In this document: positions 31,521 through 42,950 of the stretch, piece after piece | Position numbering within the stretch: the stretch's first letter is position 1 | Layout: every line of letters begins with the position of its first letter | DNA from: an uncultured Phycisphaerales bacterium | GTDB taxonomy: Bacteria; Planctomycetota; Phycisphaerae; Tepidisphaerales; Tepidisphaeraceae | Reading direction: 5' to 3' | Length of the DNA: 64,000 bases | Assembly: GCA_963755915.1 (NCBI GenBank) | Contig: CAVWLP010000002.1 | Span: forward strand, 32,001 to 96,000 | Notes under the pieces: model-generated | Told to the model about the DNA's origin: nothing | Database searches by the model: none | Seen by the model: only the letters and a program-made list of their open reading frames with translations | Program-made: the position numbers and the translations under genes

Positions 31521-33211
31521 CTAGGGTGCGCGCATGGCGGTAACGCTGGTGTCGGCAACGAATTTCCGCGCCGGCAGCGAGAACGGTGTCACAGTGCCGT
31601 TGATGCGGTCTTTGCACCAATGAATGATTGCTAATTTCTCACCGGCGGCAGTGGGATCGTCGGCACCACTGAACACAGCCTGGCCTACAGCGGATTTTCG
31701 GTTACCCACCGCCTTGATGGCTTCAATCTTCACGTTCAGAGCCTCAAGCGGGTCTTCAAGCAGACTTGGTAATTGTCCGAAAACGCTCGCCTCATCCGTA
31801 GTTCCCACTACCCCAATCGCCCAGATCGCCGCGGAACGCAGATTGGACGGGTAAATTGACCTCTGGAAGATGTATGCTTTGACCTTGGCGCCAATCGGCA
31901 CATATCCGAGTTGCGCCGCGGACACGACGGCGTTTATGGCCGCTATGGTGGCGGCCTCCGAATTTCCCGGCCCCGCCCTCGTGATCGCAGACATGGCGCG
32001 GTCAAGGCGCGGACCAGGTCGGGAGCGGCGGCGGGGTTGGAGATTTGGCCCAGCGATTTTGCCGCCTGCGCGACGACCAGCCAATCGGTGTCATCGAGCA
32101 ACTTCACATGCTGCTCGAACGCTGCGCCGCTGGCGAGCATGCCCAACAGATACGATCCGTCTTTGCGCCGGCGTGGGTTGCGATCGCCCAAAAGATTCGC
32201 CGCCACCTGCAGGGTTGCATTACCGGTGGCGAGCAGGGCTGTACGGGCTGCATCGTGTAGCGGCAGATAGGGATCGGATAACTGTTCGGCCAGCGGCGCT
32301 ACGGCGGCCGGTCCCGGCACTTCGACAAGGACCAAGGCCGCGGCGGTGCGCACGGATTCGTCGCCATCAGATAGCATGGCGATGGCATGCGATTGGGCAT
32401 CACTCGCCGACAGAACGTTGAGCAGGGCGGTTGTGGCTTCTCGGCGAACGGTCGGATGAACGTCGGATAGCATTTTCAAGATGTCTTGCGCGTGCCGTGT
32501 CGAATTGACGGCACTCAGCGCGGCAATGGCCTCGATTCTGGTCGGAACGTCAGCCTCGAGTTCAGTGGCGACTGGGTCGGCTTCGGTGGCGATCCTGGCA
32601 CGGGCCACGGCGTCGATCGCCAGGATTCGCAATCGCTCGTCCGGGTCCGCGAGGCGCGGCGTAAGGGCTTGAGACTGCTCGATGCCGGCAACAGACAAGG
32701 CCGCAGCAACAACGTCCGGATCACGGTCTTGAATTCCCGCGGTCACAGTGTTTTGCATTCCAAATGCCGCCGCGGACCGGATGGCCTCAGCGCGTACCTG
32801 CGCATCGACGTCGACGGCCAGCCGAGCGATCTCCTCGCGCGCCTCCGTATTGCCGCTGTTTGGATCATGAATCATGCCAATTGCCCTGGCGACTACGGCA
32901 CGGATCGTCGGATCGGAATCGGACGCTGCCTTGCACAGCGGCGCCAGGGCAGCCGCTAGTTGCGTATTGCCCAAATCGCCGATCAACTCCGCCTTACGAT
33001 CAGGCATCGTTCCTGGCCGTTGAAGTTCCTCGGCCAGCAATTGAACCGTTCGCGGATTGGTGTCGTTGCTCAAGGGCGGCGGAGGCAGAGGGATCACGTC
33101 GACCCCAAACGGCAGCGGTTTGTCGATGGGCGGAAGATCGATCGTGCGAGAAAACGCCGGGACGACGAAGAGAAGGCACGTCGTTAACAATGGTCGAATT
33201 TTGCGCATCAT
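31521..33211 (-). CDS. Secreted HEAT-repeat (PBS-lyase-like) protein, frameshift near 32000
   Basis: Signal peptide MMRKIRPLLTTCLLFVVPAFS and repeated D.D..VR..A..AL units. Confidence 0.75.
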
Positions 33212-33243
33212 CGTCGTGTTGTGATGACCGTACCGAGCCAGAA

Positions 33244-34906
33244 TCACCCGCGTTTCAATAGAGCAACCAATCGGAATCGCGCCGCGCCCAGCATCAGAAC
33301 ACAGATCGCGCCGATAAGGATCACGTGAATCTGCCACAACGCTTGAACCTCACCCGATCCGTCAGGCATCAGGCTCAATGCCATAACCAGAGGGCTGGCG
33401 ATGGACAAACGCGCCGCGGCGCGTTCGCTCAGTTGGTTGCCTCCGGCAAAGTAAGGCAACAACGGCAGCATGAAGACGGTTCCGCAGGCCAAATAAGCCG
33501 CGACGGTCGCGCGAGACGTGTTGTTAAACACGCTGCTGGCGGCCAGGCCAACCGCGCAGCAGAGTAGCGCCGAAAGCAGTACCACCGGCAGCAACAGAAT
33601 GAATCGTTCCAGATAGCTTGGATCGAGATAGCAAACTACGCCAAATGCAGGCAGCAACGCCAGCATGGGCAGAAAGGCCGACGGCAACGAGGGCAGCAGC
33701 TTTCCCCAGAAGATTTTTCCAGCGCCCAACGGTGCCAGCCGAAGCATCTCGAAGGTGCCGCTTTCCAGCTCGCCGCTGACGGTGGAGCTGGTGAGGCTGG
33801 GAGCAATCAAGGCGATGAGCCCCAATTGCAGCGTCACCAAGACGCTGGCAACGTGCGCCAGCAGGTTTGCATGCTCGACCCCGCCACGGAGGCTCATGAT
33901 AGCCAGCCCAAGCGACAGCCCCAACGAAACATAAAAGGTGCGGATCATCCAGCGTCCGCTCCTCAGCGCAAAGGTGCGTCGCTCTTTGCCGGCGACGGGA
34001 TTAAGCGGCCCCAGGGGTTTGCGCCGCTTCTTGTCATCGATGAGAAACATTATCTTTCGGCCAAAAGAGCGGTGTTCGCCGGCGATCGCGAAATCGGGCA
34101 CACGGTCGTTCTCGGCTGGCGGTTTCCGTAGCCGCGCGACGATTGCGCCGAATGAGACAAGGATTGTCATTCCCGCCAAAGGAATGAAAACCTCCCATAA
34201 GGGCAACAGGCCGTCACTGGTGCGGCCTCCAAACTGAGCATCTCCCGCGTTTGGCCTCAATACGCTCAACACGGCAGCCACCGGCGAGAGAGCGCGCATA
34301 ATGTAGAACTTCGGCGAGTGGGCCAAATGATTCCCGAAGGATCAGCGAAGCCGGCACTAGCAATCCGCCGCACAACGTCAGCACCGTGACGTAGGCAACT
34401 ACCAAAGCGCCGCCAGTCTGACGGCTGTAGGCGGAGATAGCCAGTGACAAGATGGCGATCAGCAGTGCTGCCATTGCGAGAATGGTGTACGACAAAATGA
34501 GCTGTCTTCCATCAACGTCGCCTCGCCAGACCAGAAGCGCCATGAACGGCAACCCTGCCAGCATCAGCAGAAGCGGAAAGGCAATAGCCACCAGAACCTT
34601 GCCCATAACGATCTGGGCAGGCGACAGCCGCGATGCATACAACATCTCCAGCGTGTTCGCATCGCGCTCACTGGCGATAGCGGTAGCGGCCATGCTCGGG
34701 ACGAACAGTATCAGAAGCACAAGTTGTCCAATTACCAGTCCGAGCAAGAGCTCATCGCGCCCCTGAACCGCCACCGCAAGAATACCACCCTCGGGCCAAC
34801 TCGATATTACCCAAAACGCCAACACCGCCACAAACGTGATTTGAATCGCCGCCACACTTGGCATGCGAAACAGGGCGAGCAAATCTTTGCGAAGGACGGG
34901 ATTCAT
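33244..34906 (-). CDS. ABC-2 type permease with two permease modules, frameshift near 34295
   Basis: MNPVLRKDL...AIASERDANTLEMLYASRLS...GK and LNPVAGKE...VSGELESGTFEMLRLAPL...GKL. Confidence 0.8.
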
Positions 34907-34911
34907 AGTGG

Positions 34912-35849
34912 TTATTTAGTTAGCGACATGAATACGTCTTCCAGATCCGCCGGCACTTCGGTGAAATTGCAAACAGAGAAGCCGTTTTTCATCAGGGCGA
35001 ACAGTGCATCTGCCAATTGCTGGTCATCTGCTTGTACTTCAAAACGCAAGATATTGGGTTCGTTTGACTCCAGTGGCTCCCAACCTTCACCCACGAGTAG
35101 TTCCTGGGCGGCAGTGGCCTGCTTGATGACCTGAACCTGCATCACCCGCTTCTGACTCACGGTGCGCATGATCGTCTGCATTGTGCCGCTGGCGACGAGC
35201 CGGCCTTGTTGCAAAATGCCAATGGTATCGCAGACGTCGGCCAGTTCTGGCAGGATGTGCGATGACACGAGTACGGCTTTGCCCAAATCAGCCAAGTGAC
35301 GCAACAGGTGGCGTATCTCAATGCGCGCCGGGGGTCGATGGTGGCGGCCGGCTCGTCGAGGATCAGCATCTGCGGATCGTGTAGCAGCGTCTTGGCAATT
35401 CCCACTCGCTGCTTCATGCCACGCGACAGCGCGCCCATCAGCTTGTCGCGGAACTCGATCGCGTTGGCCGTCTTAAGACAAACGTCGATGCGCTCGGCCC
35501 GTGCTTTCTTTGGGAGCTTGTAAGCCGCGGCGAAGAAATCGAGGTACTCCCAGACGCGCAGTGTCGGGTAAACGCCGAAGTTATCGGGAAGGAAGCCGAC
35601 CAACTCCTTGATGCGATCCTTATTGCTGGTGACGTCCTCGCCCGAGATCGTCGCCTTTCCGCTGGTAGGATCGAGCAGTCCGGAAAGAATTCGGAACGTC
35701 GTTGTCTTGCCTGCCCCGTTGGGCCCGATGTATCCGAACACTTCGCCACGATGGATCTGCAGATTCACACCGTCCAACCCCATGTGTTGGCCATAACGCT
35801 TCGACAGATTCTGCGTTTGAAGGATGATTTGGTCGTACTGAATAGGCAT
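34912..35849 (-). CDS. ABC transporter ATP-binding protein, frameshift near 35325
   Basis: GPNGAGKTT, LSRGMKQRV, LILDEPA, SSHILPELADVCD, DLEDVFMSLT. Confidence 0.92.
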
Positions 35850-35954
35850 ACACCTTCTCAAACCGTTCGGCTGTGCGCGGTGCCACGGAAACAGGCAATT
35901 TCTTACGGATGCGCGCGTGGGTCTAATCGAGAACTCGGTTTTATCTCCCGGTTT

Positions 35955-38438
35955 TCACCTGGCCTCCACACGTCCTTCCAGAGTCATCCCCAACTCCGTA
36001 ATCCCCCAAAGCTGCGTCGTGCCATCGGTTTCAGCGTTGGCGTGCTCGACATTGACCAGCACCCATACCACGCCAACAGCATCAACGTCTTCGGGTGACA
36101 AATCGACCGCGACAGCCGGAAGCCGTCCGAATGTGTTGGACCATTCTGCGATGACCGCGCCCGACGGGTTAACTGATAGTTTGCCGCCTCGCACCTGCTC
36201 GCGCCGAAGGGTCATTATTTGCCCGGGTAAATTTACGTTGGCCCGCAGCACCGCCCGTGTGAGTTGGAGGTGCCCAATTTGGGGTGGTGGGCGGAAGCCT
36301 ATTTCCCAGGAACCCGGCTGGCTACAGGTCACCCATGTCCCGTCTTCAGCGCTGTAGATCGGAAGCTGTCCGGGGGCGATTAAAGTGGTGTTGAAGCCCG
36401 CGTCAATGCGCACCAGTGCCCCGACCGGCGATGGTCCGAAGGATAACGGAAAGGTCGCCAATGTCAGGACGCGCTCAACCTGCGGTGACAAAGATGCAAT
36501 GGTCAGCGGCGCAACTCCGCCCATCCAGCCGGCGATCCATGGGCGGCTCGACCCAACATTCATATTCGCGCTTTCGGACGACCTGGTTGCCAACGCCGCA
36601 AGCACTTGGCCGCGCAGCATGTCTTCATCGCTGAGGATCGGTCCGGCGTTAATATATCGGAGTGATTGCTCGCGTTGGGCTTCGGAGCGGGCAAGTACAT
36701 CGGCTGGTTCGCTATCTGTAGCGGTCGGCACCGGTGCATTTCGCGCCGCAGCCATCACCGTTACTTTTGACGCACCCTCGGCCAGCTCCTGTAGGCGCCA
36801 TACGCTGGTGCCGTAAATTAGGATCGGTGATCCTAAGGTCGAGCCGGTGCGGTTGGCGATCGACAGCGTAAGTCCATTTTCGTCGAACTCACCACCTGCT
36901 GACGCGGAAAGGGTCGTAGGCGCCGGCATTGACGCCTCCCATATTCGGTCGATGCGCCGGGCCGCAGCGCCCGCGCTGGGGGCGGTAAACGGATTTACTG
37001 TCAAGACCGGTGTGTTGGACCCGTCGTATACAGAGGGCCAAAGCGTTGCCTGCGGGCTTGTCGTCGAGAGTGATAGGACTGCTTCGTTTCCGGTAAACGC
37101 CGCCGCCTCCTGGAGGTAGCCACCATCCGCACTAAGGTGAGCGACAGCGATCTGTCCGGAAGTCAGAGGCGCCTTTCCCTGGTTCGCAATTCCCATCGCT
37201 ACCAACAGTGCGGCTTCCAGCAGAGCTACGCCAGAGCTTGTCGCAATGGCGAGTGGCCGTCTGACCCCGCGCCAAGCCAAGTGTGCAGATACCACTAGCG
37301 CGACGAATCCAAGCGCTAGCCCGATTGCCATCTGGCGGGGCGGTGCCGGTGTGCCAATCATTTGACCCATAATTTCGGGCAGCCGTTGCGGGAGCGCACT
37401 GGAGTCCCATGACGGGTCGGTCGATGAGAGATCCAGTAAATCAGACCAGAATCGATTGGCAGCCAACTGATCGAAGGCGGGTGCGTCCACCGGAAAGCTC
37501 GTGAACGCCACGCGTCCGAGCCCCAGCGGCCGATATGCTGCGTGAACGTAAGCGCCGTCTGAGATCAGCTCAGTTCCATCAGCGGCCACGGCCTCACATA
37601 TTTCGGCAGGCTCTCGCAAGTTAATTGGGCCGGTGGAGTCGTTGATGCATGTCGCTGTGCGATGACCAATGACGCGAACAGGCATGTAAGGTTCGATCCA
37701 GGTCCCTCGCACGTCGTCCACGCTCACCGGGCTGCTAATCAATAGGACTCCACCGGCCCGCACAAAATCGATGAGCGTTTGCCGCTGCATTGGATCCAAC
37801 GACTGCGCCGATCCGCCGCTCAGCGCGATCACGCGACAACTGTCGTACGCCGCTGGAAGTCGTGCCGCGTGATCGATCGGTCCTTGCCACAAAATCATCG
37901 GCGTCTGGGTGACCCGGGCAATCGTTTTGCATAGCGATTGAAAATCGCTGGCGGAGTTCTCCGCGAAGCGGTCTCCAATGAGGTTTAGGAGGGTCGACCT
38001 TCGCGTCGTATCGGTGTCGTCATCCGAAGGCCACGGGAGCAATTCGGTTTGCGCGACTTGTGATCCGGCGACATTCCAGGTGAACACTAATGATTTGCCC
38101 GTTTTGTGTTTGGCGCCGCATTCGGCAGGCAATGGCGGCGCCAGGATCGTTCGAGACACGCGGCTATCGGGAGGCGCGTTCGCGTTCGATCTTAGGTCAA
38201 TTGCGCCATTGGGTCCGGGCACAGTAACATCCATCAAACCGTCGGCTTCGAGTGGAGCAATATTGGTCAATGTGACACGGAGCGGCGTCCAGGCGCCACG
38301 CACCGACTGGGGATTGCCGTACATGGGGGTTACCGCGATCTGGAGATGCTCGTCCTCGCGCGACGGCAGGGCCGCCCATTACCGCGAGCAAGGCAACAAT
38401 AAAAAATGCGTTGCAAATCCAACGATAACGAACCGCAT
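35955..38438 (-). CDS. Large exported/membrane accessory protein with a GATase-like domain, 5' end frameshifted
   Basis: GAWTPLRVTLTN, LIDFVRAGGVLLI, RPLGLGRVAF, two TM helices. The signal-like start MRFVIVG... lies upstream of the 789-aa ORF in other frames. Confidence 0.65.
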
Positions 38439-38630
38439 CGAAAAAAGCCGGTAATTCAGCTGAAAGCCATCCGGGAGGAGTATTGGCCACCGCCTGGTCA
38501 ATAACCTGGTTAAACCCGCTACCATCCACGACGAACGCTCCCTACAAGACGACACTCCCGGCGGAAGGGATGGCGAGTTTGCCGATTTCAGTCATTTGTG
38601 TACGTTTCCCGAAAGCAATTAAAAAATCCG

Positions 38631-38688
38631 TTGACAATACCGTCTAGTATGGGTATATTATCCACCCGTTAATAGGATGGTATCCATT
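38631..38688 (+). promoter_or_regulatory. Sigma70-like promoter with two operator-like motifs
   Basis: TTGACA (38631), 17-bp spacer, TATATT (38654). GGGTATATTATCCA at 38651-38664 and AATAGGATGGTATCCATT at 38671-38688. Confidence 0.7.
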
Positions 38689-38729
38689 CGCTGACGGGAT
38701 ATTACACACCGTTAGGAGCAAGTCAAGTA

Positions 38730-39836
38730 ATGGCAGAGAATGAACTCGACATTGTGGTTCAGCAGGATAGTACGGTTCCGCTTTACGAGCAGATATGCGA
38801 GCAGATCCGGCAAAAAATTGAAAGTCGGCAACTCCCCCCCGGGGCTCAGTTGCCTACCAGTCACGAGCTTTGCGCGCGCCTTCAGATCAACTACAAGACT
38901 GCGCATCAAGCAATGGCGACCTTGGCCAAGGAGGGGTACGTCACGCGCCAGGCCCGTCGAGGAACAGTGGTGAAGGGTATCCCGCGCCGCGGCGTCGTGG
39001 CAATTTATTCTTTTCCTGATTATTTCAGTCTTGATGGGAAGCACGAGTACTACCGGTTGATAATGGGGCATCTCGGACGGCTGCTCGAGAATCATGGTCG
39101 CGTTCACAGGCAGTATTTGGGGAGCGACACGCCGGAAACACCTAACTTGGCGTGCGACGACTTACTGAAGCACTTGGTGGGCGGGATGCTATGTGGTGTG
39201 CTATTGGTCAAGCCGCCCCAGAACATGGAGGAGCTGGTTGCGCAGGGTCGTGCGTTACATGTGCCGGTCGTAGCGTTGTTGCACTCAGGTCTCACCGTCG
39301 ATTACTCGGTGTCCGTGGATTTCCTCGGTTTTGTACGTTCGGCGGCCCAGCATTTATATCAGCAAGGCAGCCGGCGCATCGGGGTTATCTTCAACAGCCC
39401 GAGTTATGCCTTTCGTGATCTTGGGTTGGTCGCTGAGAGTTTTGAACAGAGCGGGTGCACAGCCAAGTCGTCATGGATGATCGGGCACGCCGGAACCGAG
39501 GAAGGGGGCTATGAGGCGGCCGTGAATATGCCATTGGCCGAACTGGATGGTCTGATCATCAAGGACGACGTAATGGCCTTGGGTGTCGAGCGGCGTTTGC
39601 GCGAGCTTAACGTTAATGTGCCTCGCGACCTGAAGGTGGCCACGTTTTGGAATCGGGGTAGCCGATTGTCGCTGACCCTCCCCTTCGAGCGGTTTGAAAT
39701 GGATGTTGAACGGCTCGCATCCTTGGGTTTGCAGCTTATGCAGGATGTCGCCAGCGGCCAACGGATCACTGAACCCCATTTGAAAATCAGTCCGATTCAC
39801 CAATCGTCGCGCCAACTCGAACAGGAAGGCAGCTAG
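38730..39836 (+). CDS. GntR-family regulator with LacI-like domain, paralogue of 9559-10641
   Basis: PLYEQICEQIRQKIESRQLPPGAQLPT...RQARRGTVVKGIPRRGVV. It aligns along its full length with the first GntR. Confidence 0.9.
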   Translation: MAENELDIVVQQDSTVPLYEQICEQIRQKIESRQLPPGAQLPTSHELCARLQINYKTAHQAMATLAKEGYVTRQARRGTVVKGIPRRGVVAIYSFPDYFSLDGKHEYYRLIMGHLGRLLENHGRVHRQYLGSDTPETPNLACDDLLKHLVGGMLCGVLLVKPPQNMEELVAQGRALHVPVVALLHSGLTVDYSVSVDFLGFVRSAAQHLYQQGSRRIGVIFNSPSYAFRDLGLVAESFEQSGCTAKSSWMIGHAGTEEGGYEAAVNMPLAELDGLIIKDDVMALGVERRLRELNVNVPRDLKVATFWNRGSRLSLTLPFERFEMDVERLASLGLQLMQDVASGQRITEPHLKISPIHQSSRQLEQEGS

Positions 39837-39970
39837 CGTTGACAATACAACGCGACTAGACAATCCCCAGGTGTCTCTCATCGCAATTTAGCCGGCCGGT
39901 CGGTGCCGTCGGAAACCGCGAGCGTGGTAAGTGCGTCCAGTTCGTTTAGCAAACACAAGGAGCAGAGAAA

Positions 39971-41869
39971 ATGCGAAAGAAAATTCTGGTTGGTAGTGTG
40001 ATGGCTGCGGTGCCGATGACGGCAATTTCTGCGATGGCAACTTTCAACAACTACTATTCTGCAGGCAGCGCCACGGAGGCTTCGGAATGGGCGTTTGCCA
40101 ATGGGGACTACACGTACTTTGCCAACGATACGTGTATAGTGAACGACCAGAACGCCGGTGTGACCGGTAACAATAACACAATCTATGAGTTTCCAGAAGG
40201 TGGATCGGCCAATTCTCCCTCGAACGGTACCTACACTTTCAACGGCACTCAATTTTTTTCCGCCTATCCGAACGGCCAGGGCGTCAACGGTTCGTTGGCG
40301 GATGCTGTTTTCGGACCCACACAGTCGTTCAGTTTGTACATGAATCTTACAATGAATCAAGCGACCGGAAGCGCTTTCTACCTGATGAGCTTCGGCCCCA
40401 ATGTGGCCCTACTTTTTGATGGTGCCAACGGAACGGGTTTCGAAACGCTGGTAAAGCCGGCCACGAACGTCACGGGGCCCGATTCAAACTATGAAGGCTC
40501 CTCTATGACCGCGGCGTCGTTGGGCAACGGAATGCACGACTTCCTGTACACCTACAATGGAACAACGGGACAGCAAAATATCTATCTGGATGGTGTAGAT
40601 ACTGACACGGCCGGGTCCATCAGCGGGGACGGCGTGACGTCCGACAACGACAATTTTTACGTCGGCGGCCTCGATTCGGGGGGAGCGGCCTATTATTTTC
40701 CACCCGCCGCCTTCGATTTGACGATCTCCGACGTTCGCGTCTATTCAGGGATTGTCAGCGTTAATCCCCTTCCTTCCACTTGGACCGACAACTCAGGTTT
40801 GGGGGACTGGAACGAAGCCTCCAATTGGAGCAGCAACTCAGTACCTAACGGAGTTGGCGAATCCGCCACTTTCGGGTCCGTGATCACTTCGTCGGAGAAC
40901 GTGTACAGCAACCTTGCCGTCACCGTCGGCTCGATGACTTTCGACAACACCAATTCCTACCTGATAAACGGTAGCGGCAGCCTGACGCTCCAGGTTTCCA
41001 CCGGCAGCGCCGAGATCGCCGTGGAGCAAGGCTCCCATACCATTCAGTTGCCAACGACGCTCGCCAGCAATACGACATTGGATGTTGCGGCGGGATCGAC
41101 GCTGAATCTTGCCAGCACGGTGACTCTCGACGCCGGCGTCGCAGTCACCGAAACCGGAGGCGGCGCGGTCACCTTCGGGCAGATCACGGGTAGCGGTCAG
41201 CTCAGCATCTCAGGCGGTTTGGCAACGCTCGCGACTAATGGCGGGGGCAGTCAAATCGCTGGCCTCACCTTGACCGGCGCCAGCACGCTGGACATCACCA
41301 ACAACCACCTCTTCATCGATTATGGCAGCAGCAGCGATCCCATCTCCACGATCCTTGGTTATCTGAAGGCCGGCTTCAACAACGGTGCCTGGAACGGATC
41401 GAACGGAATCATTTCCAGCACTGCCCAGACGCCCACAAATAACTTGAAATACGGTATCGGCTGGGCCGACGGAAACGACGGCACCCACGCCGTCGCCGGT
41501 CTCACCAGCGGCCAAATCGAACTGAAATACACGCTGCTTGGCGACGCGAATCTCGACGGCTCAGTCAACGGGACCGACTTCTCGATCCTCGCCGCCAACT
41601 TCGGGCTGGGTGTCACCAACTGGGACCAGGGCAACTTCCTCTACGGCAGCTCTGTGAACGGCTCCGACTTCAGCGCCTTGGCCGCGAACTTCGGCCAAGG
41701 CGACAGTGGCGCGGACGCCGGAGTCACCGCCGCCGACCGGGCCGCGCTCGACGCCTTCGCCGCCGCGAATGGTCTACTCGCCGATGTCCCCGAGCCGGCT
41801 TCCTTGGGTCTACTGACGCTGGGTGTGGTCGGCACCCTGTCGCGCCGTCGGCATCGTTTGAATGGCTGA
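39971..41869 (+). CDS. PEP-CTERM surface protein: LamG/ConA-like head, beta-rich stalk, dockerin-like repeat
   Basis: Signal peptide, HDFLYTYNGTTGQQNIYLDGV, LLGDANLDGSVNGTDFSILAANFG, VPEPASLGLLTLGVVGTLSRRRHR. Confidence 0.88.
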   Translation: MRKKILVGSVMAAVPMTAISAMATFNNYYSAGSATEASEWAFANGDYTYFANDTCIVNDQNAGVTGNNNTIYEFPEGGSANSPSNGTYTFNGTQFFSAYPNGQGVNGSLADAVFGPTQSFSLYMNLTMNQATGSAFYLMSFGPNVALLFDGANGTGFETLVKPATNVTGPDSNYEGSSMTAASLGNGMHDFLYTYNGTTGQQNIYLDGVDTDTAGSISGDGVTSDNDNFYVGGLDSGGAAYYFPPAAFDLTISDVRVYSGIVSVNPLPSTWTDNSGLGDWNEASNWSSNSVPNGVGESATFGSVITSSENVYSNLAVTVGSMTFDNTNSYLINGSGSLTLQVSTGSAEIAVEQGSHTIQLPTTLASNTTLDVAAGSTLNLASTVTLDAGVAVTETGGGAVTFGQITGSGQLSISGGLATLATNGGGSQIAGLTLTGASTLDITNNHLFIDYGSSSDPISTILGYLKAGFNNGAWNGSNGIISSTAQTPTNNLKYGIGWADGNDGTHAVAGLTSGQIELKYTLLGDANLDGSVNGTDFSILAANFGLGVTNWDQGNFLYGSSVNGSDFSALAANFGQGDSGADAGVTAADRAALDAFAAANGLLADVPEPASLGLLTLGVVGTLSRRRHRLNG

Positions 41870-41935
41870 TGGCTGCGACCTCCCGGAGCATTACGCTTCG
41901 CAAACGAGGTGACGTCAAGCCTTACGGAGAAACTT

Positions 41936-42685
41936 ATGACGCATCATTCATTTCGTAGAGCTCGTTTCATGTGGCGGAATAATTGCCTCGATCGCTCAGC
42001 GTTTACGCTGGTGGAACTACTCGTGGTGATCTCAATCATTGCCGTGTTGATTGCAATCCTGTTGCCGAGCCTGAACAAAGCGAGGCGGCAGTCACAGCAG
42101 ATTGCGTGCCTCAGTAACATGCGCCAGATCGGCATGGGCCTTTCGATGTATGTTAATGACTTCAACGGCTCCTTACCTTATCCAGAACAGCAAATTTATA
42201 ATCAGAATCAACCAAGCTGGAACTTGATCCTGATCGACTGCGGGTACTTCCCGGGTCATTACCTACTTACTGACCCGAAGTCCTTTTCATCTCCGATCTT
42301 TGTTTGTCCAAGCGACTTGGTGCCTCGACCATGGGGTTACCCCGGCAGCTACTTTGCCAATTCCGGGAACTGGCTGTATCGCAACGGCTGGATTGATCCG
42401 ACTTCTGAAACGTCTATGCGCATGGTCAAAATCAAAAAGCCGGCAGAATTCGTCATGGTGTTCGAGTATGCGGCGGAAGGTGGGATATTTGGCTATCAAG
42501 GCTATCAAGAGTGGGCGCAGGGCTTCGAAATCTCGCCCCACTCCCCTAAGAATGACCCGTACGCAAGTAATATCCTTTTTGGTGATGGACACTCGGCGTA
42601 TGTTGATGGACATACGCTTCTATACAACTTGAATATGTGGGCGGCCGACGGTGTTTGGGATGACATGAGCGACACGTGGCCATAA
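41936..42685 (+). CDS. Prepilin-type N-terminal cleavage/methylation protein with an H-X9-DG-like C-terminus (DUF1559/SBP_bac_10-like)
   Basis: AFTLVELLVVISIIAVLIAILLPSLNKAR...CLSNMRQIG, FVCPSD, NILFGDGHS. Confidence 0.9.
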   Translation: MTHHSFRRARFMWRNNCLDRSAFTLVELLVVISIIAVLIAILLPSLNKARRQSQQIACLSNMRQIGMGLSMYVNDFNGSLPYPEQQIYNQNQPSWNLILIDCGYFPGHYLLTDPKSFSSPIFVCPSDLVPRPWGYPGSYFANSGNWLYRNGWIDPTSETSMRMVKIKKPAEFVMVFEYAAEGGIFGYQGYQEWAQGFEISPHSPKNDPYASNILFGDGHSAYVDGHTLLYNLNMWAADGVWDDMSDTWP

Positions 42686-42950
42686 CAAGGGTGGATTTTC
42701 TAGTCCGCTTAGACCAATGAGCGAAAAAAATTCGGTCGACCCTAGCGAGGACGGCGTTGGCTGTCTGGAATTCTGTTGACCGGTAGGGATGCCCGCTTGA
42801 GGTTGTCCAGAGATGTCGGCCTCACCGCAGCGATCAAAGCCGATGTGAAACTTGGTGCGCCCGCATTGCTGAACAGATTCTTTCTATCGAGTAACGAGAA
42901 GAATGGAGCAGGCGATCAGCGCCGTTGGCAGTTTTTGTTTGTGACGGAGG

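Noticed and set aside
39839-39870. Internal sigma70 promoter before the first PEP-CTERM gene
   Set aside because: TTGACA is present (GTTGACAATAC, as at 38630), but no convincing -10 at 16-18 bp spacing.
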